64,000 nucleotides of DNA. It comes from an uncultured delta proteobacterium (GTDB taxonomy: Bacteria > Myxococcota_A > UBA9160 > SZUA-336). Below are positions 22,958 to 32,705 of the stretch, piece after piece (positions within the stretch are counted from its first letter, which is position 1; every line of letters starts with the position of its first letter). A program made the translations under genes and the position numbers. The stretch covers positions 160,001-224,000 of the forward strand of contig CAVPHD010000003.1 in NCBI GenBank assembly GCA_963704165.1, in the 5' to 3' direction. The notes beneath the pieces were generated by a model that was given only the letters and a program-made list of their open reading frames with translations, did no database searches and had not been told where the DNA came from.

Positions 22958-24598
22958 GTGCCGGAGAGCGATGTCGCGGAGCGACTCGAAGTGGAGCTGC
23001 ACTGCCCGGAGTGCGGTGCCGCGGTCGTGGTCGGAGTCTGGGATCAGTCGGCGGCCTGTGCGTACTGCGCGTCCCTCCTGGTCTGCGGGCGGCTCTTCGG
23101 CGAAGAGGTCTTCGTCGTCTCGAACGCGAGCTCCGGGGCGCTCGACGCAGCCGAGCTCTTGATCCGCTACGAGACCGAGAGCTACCGCAACATCCTGATC
23201 GGTCGGGCACGAAGCCAGGAAGGGGTGAGCCTCGATTTCCCCGGCGTGATCGAGGCACGCGTGGCGGCCTTCCGTGCGCGGCTCGAGGGCGAGCTCGAGC
23301 GGGTCGAGACGATCGACTTCCTCGTTCCCTACGAGCTGCACGAGCGAACGATCGTGCAGGCCGTGCTCGGTCGCCGCGGTGCCGCCAAGGAAAGCTTCCT
23401 GCAGTGCTTCCGAACCGAAGACCTGCGTCGGCGCTACGACGGAACCCGACTCAACCTTCGCGACCGCGGATTGAAGATCCGGGGCTCCCGGCTCGAGCTG
23501 CTGTCGGAAACGCATCGCGACCATGCGAGCGGTCGCCATCTCGAGCGCATAACGGCAGCACCGGGCCGGAAGACGATCGACCGATCCGGCCTTCGCCTCG
23601 ACGAGCAGGTGCAGGTGATCGCGCAGTTCGATGGCGTGGTGAGCGAACGCAATCTGCAAGTCTGGAAGCACATGAGCGTCGCGCGGATCCGCCGGCTCGG
23701 CGTGATCGAGAGCTATCTCGTCGACCGCCAGTTCGACACGATCGCGGGCAAGCTCACGCTGGCCGAGTCCAGCGTGTATCGCTCGCTCCCCGAGCGCCCG
23801 CTCGCCGAGGTGTTCGCGAAGCCGAGCCTGCGCGCGATCGCGTCGGAGTGCCCGAACTGCAGTGCGCACTTGGATCTTCCGGCGCGCGCGAAGATCGCGT
23901 TCTGCCCGACCTGCGCGCTCGGCATTCGCATCACGCCCGAGAGACTCGAGCCCTGCGCCTACGCATGGGGCGAGCCGCCCCGAGCGTCCGGCGCCGACGG
24001 CACGATCGGATTTCCGTTCTGGTCTCTGCCCTTCCGGCTGCGCGCGGGCGGGCGTGAATTCACCCGCATCTGGGACTGGCTCGAAGCGGTATCGCCACAG
24101 CCCGCGGCCGTGAGCTTTCGTGAGAACGATCCGGAGCAGAGCCGCCTCTTCATTCCAGCGCGCGCGAGCTTCGGAACCCGTGAGCTCGACGACGCGTTCG
24201 CCGCGCTCGCGGCGACCGCGACCTGGCGGCAGCCGAGCGTCCGCGTCGAGCGCGCCGAGCCCGCGGCCGAGATCCGGCTGCTCGACGTCGAACTCGAAGC
24301 CGACGAGGCCACCGCACTCGCGCGCTACGCGCTCGTGGCGCTCCATGACGCCCAGAGCACCCGGAGCCTGACCGGGCTTGGCTTCCGCGAGCTCGTCGCG
24401 AAGGCCGAGTTCGTGCCCGGGGAGCCCTCGCTGGCCGTGCTCCCGCTGCCCTTGCACGGCGGAAGCTGGATTCCGTGCCCCCCGAACGCCCCGGGCGAGC
24501 CCGCGCGGATGCCTCCGGGCATGCGGCCGGTGCCGCGCGAGCTGCTCGAGGACGATGGACGCATCTCGCGCTCCGCTCGTGCCTTCTCGCTGTCCTGA
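22958..24598 (+). CDS. Zn-ribbon-containing hypothetical protein
   Basis: two pairs of CxxC (CPECGA..CAYC; CPNC..CPTC); first gene of a three-gene unit. Confidence 0.7.
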   Translation: MPESDVAERLEVELHCPECGAAVVVGVWDQSAACAYCASLLVCGRLFGEEVFVVSNASSGALDAAELLIRYETESYRNILIGRARSQEGVSLDFPGVIEARVAAFRARLEGELERVETIDFLVPYELHERTIVQAVLGRRGAAKESFLQCFRTEDLRRRYDGTRLNLRDRGLKIRGSRLELLSETHRDHASGRHLERITAAPGRKTIDRSGLRLDEQVQVIAQFDGVVSERNLQVWKHMSVARIRRLGVIESYLVDRQFDTIAGKLTLAESSVYRSLPERPLAEVFAKPSLRAIASECPNCSAHLDLPARAKIAFCPTCALGIRITPERLEPCAYAWGEPPRASGADGTIGFPFWSLPFRLRAGGREFTRIWDWLEAVSPQPAAVSFRENDPEQSRLFIPARASFGTRELDDAFAALAATATWRQPSVRVERAEPAAEIRLLDVELEADEATALARYALVALHDAQSTRSLTGLGFRELVAKAEFVPGEPSLAVLPLPLHGGSWIPCPPNAPGEPARMPPGMRPVPRELLEDDGRISRSARAFSLS

Positions 24599-24706
24599 CC
24601 GGACTCGCGGGGCCGCGGCGCTCAAGCGCGTTCGAGCCCGCGCCGAAGCACCGGAGAGCGCGCGCGTCTGAACAACGCTGGCGCATGGGTGCACGGGAGG
24701 CCGGAG

Positions 24707-25195
24707 ATGACGAGAGTTCGCGAGACGATCCGAGAGCAGCGCAATGTGCTCGAGCGCCTGGTGGCGAGAATCCCCGGATTCCGTGGCTATCAGGACCGCG
24801 AGGCGCGGCGCGAGGCCGACAAGCTCCTGCGCGAATACGGCGCGGCGCGGCTCGAGCGCGTGCTTCGCGATCTGCACGAGGTCGCCGCGCGATCCGCGCT
24901 CGACGAGCTCGAGGGCCTGCACGAGCTCTCGAACGAGGTGGACAAGCTTCGCGCGGAGCTGCGCTTCGCCGATCGCGGCTACTCCGGGTTCTTCGACGAG
25001 GTGAAGCTCGACTCGATGTCGGCGCTCGACGCGGTCTACGAACGGGACGAGCGAATCGTCGAGCAGATCGAGCAGCTCTGCAGGGACGTGACGGATGTCG
25101 AATTCCAGGCCGCGTCGATGCGCGCGGTCGTAAAGAGGCTCGGGTTGGCGGTCGCCGATCGGCGCACCGCGATCCTGGGTCTCGGGTCGAGGTGA
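24707..25195 (+). CDS. alpha-helical hypothetical protein
   Basis: IPGFRGYQDREARREADKLLR..ADRGYSGFFDEVK; RBS upstream; 3 nt from the SPFH gene. Confidence 0.8.
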   Translation: MTRVRETIREQRNVLERLVARIPGFRGYQDREARREADKLLREYGAARLERVLRDLHEVAARSALDELEGLHELSNEVDKLRAELRFADRGYSGFFDEVKLDSMSALDAVYERDERIVEQIEQLCRDVTDVEFQAASMRAVVKRLGLAVADRRTAILGLGSR

Positions 25196-25198
25196 GTG

Positions 25199-26256
25199 AT
25201 GTCGCAGTTCATCGAAGTCATCGAGTGTCTCGATAAGTCCCCCGAAACGATCGTGTCGAGATTCCCGGAACAGGGTTCGGGCGAGATCAAGGTCGGGGCA
25301 CAGCTGATCGTTCGCGAGAGTCAGGCCGCGGTCTTCTTCCGCGACGGCCGCGCCCTCGACACGTTCGGACCCGGACGCCACACCCTCAGCACGCTGAACG
25401 TTCCCCTGCTCACCAAGGCATTGTCCCTTCCGCTCGGCGGGAAGAGCCCCTTCCGGGCCGAGGTCTGCTTCACGAACCTGAAGACGTTCGTGAACCAGAA
25501 GTGGGGCACGATGGAGCCGATCCTGTTCCGCGACAGCGAGCTCCAGATGGTGCGTCTGCGCGCGTTCGGCATGTACTCGTTCCGGATCTCGAACCCGCAG
25601 GTCTTCTTGAACACGGTCGTCGGCACGCTGCCCGAGCTGCGCAGCCAGGCCGTCGAGGACTTCTTCCGAGGCTTCATCGTCACGGAGCTCGCGGACTACC
25701 TCGGTACGCATCTCTCGACGGTGCTCGACCTCGCCCAGTACTACGTCGAGCTCTCCGCGGGGGTCCAGGCGCGGCTGATCACGGACTTCGAGCGCTACGG
25801 CGTGACGCTCGCGGACTTCAAGATCATGTCGATCTCGCCACCGGATCACGTGCAGGAGATGATCGACAAGCGTGGAGGCATGGCGGCCGTCGGTTCGCTC
25901 GACGCGTTCGTTCGCTACCAGGCGGCCAATGCGCTCGAGAGAGCGTCGGGTGCGGGGGGCGGCGGCGGCGTGGACTCGCGGCCGCTGGCGTCGGTGCCGG
26001 CGCCGGCCTCGGTCTCGGTGCCGGAATGGCGGGCGTCGTCACGAACGCGCTCGGCGGCGGATCGACGGCGTCGACGACGCCTTGCGCGGCCTGCGGATCC
26101 GCAGTCGCCGCCGGTGCGAACTTCTGCTCACGCTGCGGCGTGCGGCAGGGCGCAGCCGCCTCGAGCTGTCCGAGCTGCCTCACGCAGAACGAAGCGGGCG
26201 CGCGGTTCTGCGCCGGCTGTGGAACGTCGCTCTCGGGCTCGACCGGCGGTACGTAG
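25199..26256 (+). CDS. SPFH (YdjI-like) domain protein with C-terminal double Zn ribbon; frameshift near 25970
   Basis: GAQLIVRESQAAVFFRDG..DTFGPGRHTL, KWGT..FRD, RAFG; C-terminal CAAC..CSRC..CPSC..CAGC in ORF 25501..26256. Confidence 0.88.
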
Positions 26257-26274
26257 CCGCGCGACGAAGATCGC

Positions 26275-28866
26275 TCAGTGCGGGCTGCGGGCCTGAGGGC
26301 CGACGCCGCTCTCCGCATCGAAGAGCATGCGGACGATCCCCGCGTGCCCATGGGCGCTCGCCAGCGTCGCCGCGGTCATGCCGTTGGACGTTCGCGCGTT
26401 CGGCGCGGCGCCGTTCTGCAGCAGGTACTGGACGATCTCGTCGTGGCCAGCGGCGGACGCATGGATCAGCGGGGTCCAGCCGTTCTCGTCGCGGGTGTCG
26501 GGTGCCGCGCCTTTCGCGAGCAGCGAGCGCAGATACGACACGTGGCCGTCTCGCGCGGCCTTCACGAGCGCCTTGTTCGAATCGTCTCGGCGGCGGCCCG
26601 CGGGGTCGGTGTCGGTCGGCAGCAGCGCGGCGAGCATGAGCGGCGTCCGTCCGTCGAGCCCTGCCGCGTTCGCATCCGCGCCCTTCTCGAGCAGCAGCAG
26701 TGCGAGCTGGCCATGACCGGCGGCGGTGGCGTAGAGAAGCGGAGACCAGCCTTGGCGATCCGAGAGGTTCGGATCCGCTCCGCTCTTGAGTAGAGCGCGG
26801 GCGGCATCGATGTGGCCCTCACGAACGGACCGGATCAGCGCCGTCTGGCCGTCGTCCGCTACGTCGTTCAGGTTCGCGCCCGCGGCCTGCAGCGTGAAGA
26901 TCGCGCGCACACGGCCCTTCCAAGCCGCGTACATCAGCGCCGTCTGACCGGTCAGGCTGCGATCGTTCACGTTGGCGCCCGCCTTGATCAGCGCGTTCAC
27001 CGCTGCAGCACGACCGTTCATCGCCGCGAACATCAGCGGGGTCTGTCCGTTGCGCGTGCGGCCGTTGGGGTCGGCTCCCGTGCGCAGGAGTTCGGCCATC
27101 ACCTCGATGTGACCCTCGCGTGCGGCGAGGACGAGCGCAGGCAAGCTCTTTCGATCCTTGGCGTTTGGATCGGCACCCGATCTCAGAAGCGAACTCAGGG
27201 TATCGAGCTGACCCATCTGCGCGGCGCGCGTCAGCGCGAGATCGCCCTGGGCGCCTCGAATGCTCTGGCTCGGGTCGCGCTCTAGAAGCAGCTCGACGAT
27301 CGACGTGTGACCCTCGCGGGCCGCGCGCGCGAGTGCACTCTGGCCGGTCTCGACGCCCGTGCGCGGGTCGGCGCCGGCCTCGAGCAGCATCCGGACGATC
27401 GGCTCGACTCCGTTCGCGGCGGCGGTCATCAGCGGCGTCGTGCCTGCATTCGTCGGTCGGTTGACGTCGGCGCCCGCGATGATCAGCTCCCGGACAACGT
27501 CGGTGCGGCCTTCGCTGACCGCACGGAAGAGCGGCGTCTGTCCGGCGTTGGTCGACTCGTCGATGGTGGCACCCGCGTTGATCAGCGCGGTCACGATCGC
27601 GACCTCTCCGGCGCGCGCAGCTTCGCCGAGCGCCGTGTGGCCACCATGGCTGACGGCGTCGAGATCGACGCCCTTCTCGATCATCTGCCGCAGCAGCTTC
27701 AGGTCGCCTCTGCGCGAAGCCTCGACGAAGAGATCGCTCGCGGCTTGCAACTCCGGAATCAGGACCGCGGGATCGGTCTGTGAGACGTCCGCACCCGCCT
27801 GGCGGAGAACCGACACGATCTCGCGGTGTCCTTCGCGCGCGGCGCGCTCGACGGCGGTCTGCCCGGCAGCGTCGGCTGCGTCGACTTCCGCACCGCTCTC
27901 GAGGAGCTTGCTCACGGTCTCGCTTCGCCCGCGCTCGGCGGCGAGCAGGAGAGCCGTCTTTCCTTCGGCCGATCGGGCATTGACGTCGGCGCCCTTGGCC
28001 AGCAGCGCCGAGATCAGCGTGGACGTCGTCGGCTTTCCGATCACGATCAGGTCGGGCTGAGCCATCGCGACCAGCGTCGTACTCGGCTCCGGCCGCGGCA
28101 GCGCTTCGAGCGCCCCGAGCAGGCTGGCGATGTCGTTGTGTTTCCTGCGCGATGCGTGGTCGCGCGCAGTCCGTCCCTCGTCGTCGATCGCGTTCGCATC
28201 GGCCCCGGCTGCGAGAAGCGCGCCAACGGTGTAGGTGCGTCCGGAGCCGGCGGCTCTCATCAGCGCCGTCACTCCCTCCTCGGAGCGTTCGTCCACGCGA
28301 GCGCCGGCCTTGACCAACACCTCGACGATGCGCGTCTTCCCGCTCTCCGCGGCGCTCGCGAGCGGCGTCTCGCCGCGCTCGCTCCGCAAATTGGGGTCGG
28401 CATTCGATTCGAGGAGAAGCCGGGCCAGCGGCAGGCGGCCCTCCGATGCGGCGAGATGAAGCGCGCCGATTCCCTCGGTGTTCTGCGCGTTGACCCCGAC
28501 GCCCCTGGCGAGGAGTTGCCGGGCGACCTCGAGATGCCCCCGCTCGCTCGAACGCATCAGCGCCGTGAAGCCCTGAACGTCCGCCGCGTGCGGGTCGGCT
28601 CCGGCATCGAGCAAGAGCCGGACGATCTCGTTGGACCCGGCTCGCGAAGCGATGATGAGCGCCGTCGCACCATCGGCGCCGCACGATTCGGTTGGAGCCC
28701 CGTCGGCAAGGGCCTTCCCGACACCGAGCACGTTGCGGACCCGCGCGGCCTCGAGCAGGTGCGCAGCCGGCACCGATGCGCTCGCCGTCCCCTCGGTTCC
28801 GGCCGCCTCGGCATCGGGCGCCGACAGGACGCCGATCAGCACGAATGTCAGGAGCAGTCGAACCAT
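26275..28866 (-). CDS. secreted ankyrin-repeat protein (about 20 or more repeats)
   Basis: signal-like MVRLLLTFVLIGVLSAPDAEA; tandem GxT(A/P)LxxAAxxGxxxxVxxLLxxGADxN repeats. Confidence 0.92.
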   Translation of the reverse strand: MVRLLLTFVLIGVLSAPDAEAAGTEGTASASVPAAHLLEAARVRNVLGVGKALADGAPTESCGADGATALIIASRAGSNEIVRLLLDAGADPHAADVQGFTALMRSSERGHLEVARQLLARGVGVNAQNTEGIGALHLAASEGRLPLARLLLESNADPNLRSERGETPLASAAESGKTRIVEVLVKAGARVDERSEEGVTALMRAAGSGRTYTVGALLAAGADANAIDDEGRTARDHASRRKHNDIASLLGALEALPRPEPSTTLVAMAQPDLIVIGKPTTSTLISALLAKGADVNARSAEGKTALLLAAERGRSETVSKLLESGAEVDAADAAGQTAVERAAREGHREIVSVLRQAGADVSQTDPAVLIPELQAASDLFVEASRRGDLKLLRQMIEKGVDLDAVSHGGHTALGEAARAGEVAIVTALINAGATIDESTNAGQTPLFRAVSEGRTDVVRELIIAGADVNRPTNAGTTPLMTAAANGVEPIVRMLLEAGADPRTGVETGQSALARAAREGHTSIVELLLERDPSQSIRGAQGDLALTRAAQMGQLDTLSSLLRSGADPNAKDRKSLPALVLAAREGHIEVMAELLRTGADPNGRTRNGQTPLMFAAMNGRAAAVNALIKAGANVNDRSLTGQTALMYAAWKGRVRAIFTLQAAGANLNDVADDGQTALIRSVREGHIDAARALLKSGADPNLSDRQGWSPLLYATAAGHGQLALLLLEKGADANAAGLDGRTPLMLAALLPTDTDPAGRRRDDSNKALVKAARDGHVSYLRSLLAKGAAPDTRDENGWTPLIHASAAGHDEIVQYLLQNGAAPNARTSNGMTAATLASAHGHAGIVRMLFDAESGVGPQARSPH

Positions 28867-29245
28867 GTACCTACCCGCTCTCGAGGCGCCAGGATGCCGA
28901 GCGTACCCGCAGCGATCGATCCTGCCGATCATGGGATTGCTCGGGCGCAGCGACATCGTCTTGGAATTGCTCAGGAAACGCATACCTCGCGGCCAGCCAC
29001 CCGGCGCCGCTTCCCGACGATCGCGGCGCCATTCTATCTCGCGTAGGTCGAAGCCCACAATCCCCCAGATCCCACCGTTCTCTCGACTAGAGTGACCGAA
29101 CCGAGAGTTCGGTGGCGATGCGCCGTCGCAGCGACCTTCCGAATCCCGCCTGGCGCTCGGGATCTTCGACCCGACCTGCCTACCCGCTGCGCACGGCCGG
29201 GACCCGGGACTTGTCCGATGCCCTGGTCTCGGCGAGCCTGCCGGG

Positions 29246-29470
29246 ATGAAGAAGATCTCGATCCAGTACTGCGTACGCTGAAACTACCTGCCACGGGCCA
29301 CCAGTCTGGCGGCCGAGATCGAGCAGAAACACGGCATCCAGCCGACCCTGATCAAGGGCGACGGTGGCGTCTTCGAGGTCGTCGTCGATGGGCGTCTGGT
29401 CTTCTCGAAGAAGGAAGCCGGCCGCTTCCCGACGCACGAGGAGATCCTCGCGGCACTCGCCCAGTGCTGA
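29246..29470 (+). CDS. Rdx (SelW/SelT/SelH)-family selenoprotein with in-frame UGA (Sec) at 29279-29281
   Basis: manual translation: MKKISIQYCVRUNYLPRATSLAAEIEQKHGIQPTLIKGDGGVFEVVVDGRLVFSKKEAGRFPTHEEILAALAQC; CxxU, GVFEV and RFP motifs. Confidence 0.9.
29296..29314 (+). promoter_or_regulatory. putative bacterial SECIS hairpin
   Basis: GGCC-A-CCA-GTC-TGG-C-GGCC stem-loop; G-containing apical loop about 21-22 nt after the in-frame UGA. Confidence 0.6.
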
Positions 29471-29476
29471 ACCCGG

Positions 29477-29584
29477 CTAGTCGCGTTCGCGAAGGACGGC
29501 GACGAGGCCGAAAATCACGGGGATGAAGAGCACGCCGCAAGTCGCGGCGAACATGTACATCAGGTGAAAGGCGTTCTGCTCCAT
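29477..29584 (-). CDS. small single-TM membrane peptide (35 aa)
   Basis: MEQNAFHLMYMFAATCGVLFIPVIFGLVAVLRERD; purine-rich RBS GAAGGAAGAGGA; starts 20 nt after the OFOR beta stop. Confidence 0.55.
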   Translation of the reverse strand: MEQNAFHLMYMFAATCGVLFIPVIFGLVAVLRERD

Positions 29585-29604
29585 CGAGATCCTCTTCCTT
29601 CGTC

Positions 29605-30642
29605 CTATACGTCCCAGCGATCGCCGGAGTAGAGCAACTGTTCGAGTGAACCCTCCCCGCGCGACGCCAGCTCCGCAGTTCTCTGCGCAAGGGCCTGATC
29701 CTCGAACGTCGGCTCCGACACCGCGCGCAGCACACCGATCGGTGTCGGGAACTCGGGAGGCGTGCAGCGCGCGAGCAGCATCGCGAGTCCGGGGTCCGGA
29801 TTCGCCTCGTCGTGCACCACCTCGACGCCCCCGTCCTTCTCGCCGAGCTTGCCGACGTAGAGTCGCATCCGCGCGGTGTCGAGCTTCACGCACTTCTCGC
29901 CATCCTTGCCGAACACGAGCGGCTTGCCGTCCTCGAGCTCGAGCAGGTGCTCCGATTTCGTGTCGCGGTCCTTCAGGCTCTCGTAGGCGCCGTCGTTGAA
30001 GACCGGGCAGTTCTGGTAGATCTCGAGGAAGGCGCTGCCCTTGTGGGCCGCCATGCGCGCGATCATCTCCTGCAGGTGCTGGAGCTCCGTATCGACCGCG
30101 CGCGCGACGAAGGTCGCCTCGGCCCCGAGCGCGAGCGAGAGCGTGCGGAACGGCCGTGCGATCGAGCCCCCCGGCGAGGACTTGGTCTTCATGCCGATCT
30201 CGGAGGTCGGCGAGAACTGACCCTTGGTGAGCCCGTAGACCTTGTTGTTGAAGAGCAGGATCTTCAGATCCACGTTTCGCCGCAGCGTGTGGATGATGTG
30301 GTTTCCGCCGATCGAGAGCGCGTCTCCGTCCCCGGTCACGACCCAGATCGAGAGATCGGGTCGCGCGAGCCTGAGCCCGGTCGCAATCGCCGGCGCGCGC
30401 CCGTGAATCGTGTGAAACCCGTACGTGTCCATGTAGTACGGGAAGCGCGAGCTGCAGCCGATTCCGGAGATGAAGACGATCTTCTCCTTCGGGATGCCGA
30501 GCTGCGCCATCACTTTCTGCATCTGCGAGAGGATCGCGTAGTCACCGCAACCCGGGCACCAACGAACGCCTTGGTCGCTCTCGAAATCCCGCTTGCTCAG
30601 CTTCGCGGGAGCCTGGCCAAGATCGTTCTGCGCGACACTCAT
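29605..30642 (-). CDS. korB: 2-oxoacid:ferredoxin oxidoreductase, beta subunit
   Basis: WCPGCGD, SGIGCSSR, HGRA, TPP motif GDGDALSIGGNH..NN; ATGA overlap with the alpha subunit. Confidence 0.93.
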   Translation of the reverse strand: MSVAQNDLGQAPAKLSKRDFESDQGVRWCPGCGDYAILSQMQKVMAQLGIPKEKIVFISGIGCSSRFPYYMDTYGFHTIHGRAPAIATGLRLARPDLSIWVVTGDGDALSIGGNHIIHTLRRNVDLKILLFNNKVYGLTKGQFSPTSEIGMKTKSSPGGSIARPFRTLSLALGAEATFVARAVDTELQHLQEMIARMAAHKGSAFLEIYQNCPVFNDGAYESLKDRDTKSEHLLELEDGKPLVFGKDGEKCVKLDTARMRLYVGKLGEKDGGVEVVHDEANPDPGLAMLLARCTPPEFPTPIGVLRAVSEPTFEDQALAQRTAELASRGEGSLEQLLYSGDRWDV

Positions 30643-32546
30643 GCGTGCAACTCCCTCGAGGCCGCGGCGGGAAGGAGATCCCGGACGGCCGCGACCACTT
30701 CGCGCACCTTGAACGGCTTGCCCTGGACCTTGTTCAATCCGTGCGCATCGACGAGGAACTTGTCGCGCAGGATCGAGCGGAGCTGGCCGCTGTTGAGCTC
30801 CGCGACGAGCACGTGGCGATAACGCGCGAGCAGCGCTCCGACGTTCACCTGGAGCGGGCTCAGATAGCGGATGTGGAGATGGCCGACCGCGTGCCCCTCG
30901 GCCTGAAGCTGGAGCGCCGCCTGGCGCAGCGAACCGTACGTGCCGCCCCAGCCGACGATCAGCACGTCGCCCGCGGGCGGGCCATCGATCTGCGCGGGCG
31001 GCAGACGCTCCGCGATCTTGTCGATCTTCGTCTGGCGCATCCGGGTCATGTGCTCGTGGTTCTCGGCCTCGTAGGAGATGTCGCCGGTGACGTCTTCCTT
31101 CTCGATGCCACCGATTCGATGCTCGAGACCGGGCGTGCCCGGGACCGCCCAGGGACGAACGAGCCGCGCATCGCGACGGAAGGGCTCGAAGCCCTCGGGG
31201 TCGGTTCGGAAGGCCGTCTTGATCGGGACGAGCTCGTCGAGCGCGGGCAAACGCCAGGGCTCCGCTCCGTTCGCGAGCGAGCCGTCGGACAGATAGGCGA
31301 CCGGGCACATGTGCTCGATGGCGATCCGCACGGCCTGCACCGCAAGGTCGAAGCAGTCCGCGGGCGTCGCGGGAGCGACCACCGCGATCGGGCTCTCGCC
31401 ATTGCGCCCGACGATCGCCTGGAGAAGATCCGCCTGCTCGGTCTTCGTCGGCATGCCGGTCGAGGGTCCGGCACGCTGAACGTTCAGGACCACGAGGGGA
31501 AGCTCGACCGAGACTGCGAGGCCGATCGCCTCCTGCTTCAGCGCAAATCCCGGACCCGAGGTGCCGGTCACGCCGATCGAGCCACCGAACGAAGCGCCGA
31601 TCGCCGCCGCGACCGCTGCGATCTCGTCCTCGGCCTGAAACGTCGAGACTCCGTAGCGCCCGTATGCCGCCAGGTTGTGAAGCACGTCCGAGGCGGGCGT
31701 GATCGGATAGCTCGCGTACAGGATCGGCAGGTTCGCGAGCTTGCCCGCCGTGACGAGCCCGAGCGAGGTGGCCTCGTTCCCGGTGATGTTCCGATAGTGC
31801 CCGGGGCCGAGGCTCGCGGGCGGAATGGTGTAGGTGGAGTCGAAGAGCTCGAGCGTCTCGCCGAGGTTGTAGCCGGTCTCGAAGACCTTCACGTTCGCGG
31901 TGCCGAACTCGGGGTTCTTCGCGAACTTCTTCTGGATCGATTCGATCTCGCGCGCGGGCTCGCGACCGTAGAGCCAGAACAGCAGGCCGAGCGCGAAGAA
32001 ATTCTGCGTGCGCGCCGCCTCCTTCGTCGACAGCCCCGCACCCTGTAGCGCGGCCGTCACGTGCTTGCCGAAGTCGATGGGCACGACCCGGTACGCCGCG
32101 AGACTTCCATCCTCGAGCGGATTCGAGTCGTAACCGGCGAGCTGAAGATTCCTGGGCTTGAAGGCACCGATGTTGACGATCAGCAGCCCCCCCCGCCTCA
32201 GATCGGGAAGGTTCGTGCGCAACGCCGCGGGATTCATCGCGACGAGCACGTCGGGCTCGTCTCCCGCGGTGAAGATCTCCTTCGACGAGAACTGCAGCTG
32301 GAATCCCGAGACGCCGGCGAGCGACCCCGCGGGTGCTCGGATTTCCGAGGGAAAGTCCGGAAACGTCGCGATGTCGTTTCCGTACAGCGCGGCGGTGCGC
32401 GTGAACTCCGTGCCGGTCAGCTGCATGCCGTCGCCCGAGTCGCCGGCGAACCGGATCACGACCGAATCGAGTCGCGTCACCGGTCTTTCTGGATCTGATG
32501 CTGCCTCGTCCGGGTGCCCGTTCGCGTTTGCCTGCTGGTCTTCCAT
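30639..32546 (-). CDS. korA: 2-oxoacid:ferredoxin oxidoreductase, alpha(gamma) subunit
   Basis: FAGDSGDGMQLTG, YPITPAS, QAEDEIAA, TSGPG, GPSTGMPTKTEQADL. Confidence 0.95.
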   Translation of the reverse strand: MEDQQANANGHPDEAASDPERPVTRLDSVVIRFAGDSGDGMQLTGTEFTRTAALYGNDIATFPDFPSEIRAPAGSLAGVSGFQLQFSSKEIFTAGDEPDVLVAMNPAALRTNLPDLRRGGLLIVNIGAFKPRNLQLAGYDSNPLEDGSLAAYRVVPIDFGKHVTAALQGAGLSTKEAARTQNFFALGLLFWLYGREPAREIESIQKKFAKNPEFGTANVKVFETGYNLGETLELFDSTYTIPPASLGPGHYRNITGNEATSLGLVTAGKLANLPILYASYPITPASDVLHNLAAYGRYGVSTFQAEDEIAAVAAAIGASFGGSIGVTGTSGPGFALKQEAIGLAVSVELPLVVLNVQRAGPSTGMPTKTEQADLLQAIVGRNGESPIAVVAPATPADCFDLAVQAVRIAIEHMCPVAYLSDGSLANGAEPWRLPALDELVPIKTAFRTDPEGFEPFRRDARLVRPWAVPGTPGLEHRIGGIEKEDVTGDISYEAENHEHMTRMRQTKIDKIAERLPPAQIDGPPAGDVLIVGWGGTYGSLRQAALQLQAEGHAVGHLHIRYLSPLQVNVGALLARYRHVLVAELNSGQLRSILRDKFLVDAHGLNKVQGKPFKVREVVAAVRDLLPAAASRELHA

Positions 32547-32705
32547 GAGCGCTGCCGTGCTACTCCGCGACTTCGGTGGGGACCTGATGATACCCGCGCG
32601 AGACCTGCCGACAACCGGCTGCGGCTCGGGTCGGGCGGCCCTCGCTTGAGGGCGCCATCCGCCGACGTGTAGAGTGCGCCGCGAGCTTCAAGAGGGGAAT
32701 CAACG

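Noticed and set aside
26275..28866. Periodic sequence as a DNA repeat or CRISPR array
   Set aside because: The periodicity is protein-level ankyrin repeats with divergent codons; there are no identical direct repeats with spacers
29465..29470. C-terminal TGC-TGA of the Rdx gene as a second Sec
   Set aside because: The Rdx domain is complete at that point, and read-through would run into the convergent gene; no second SECIS noticed
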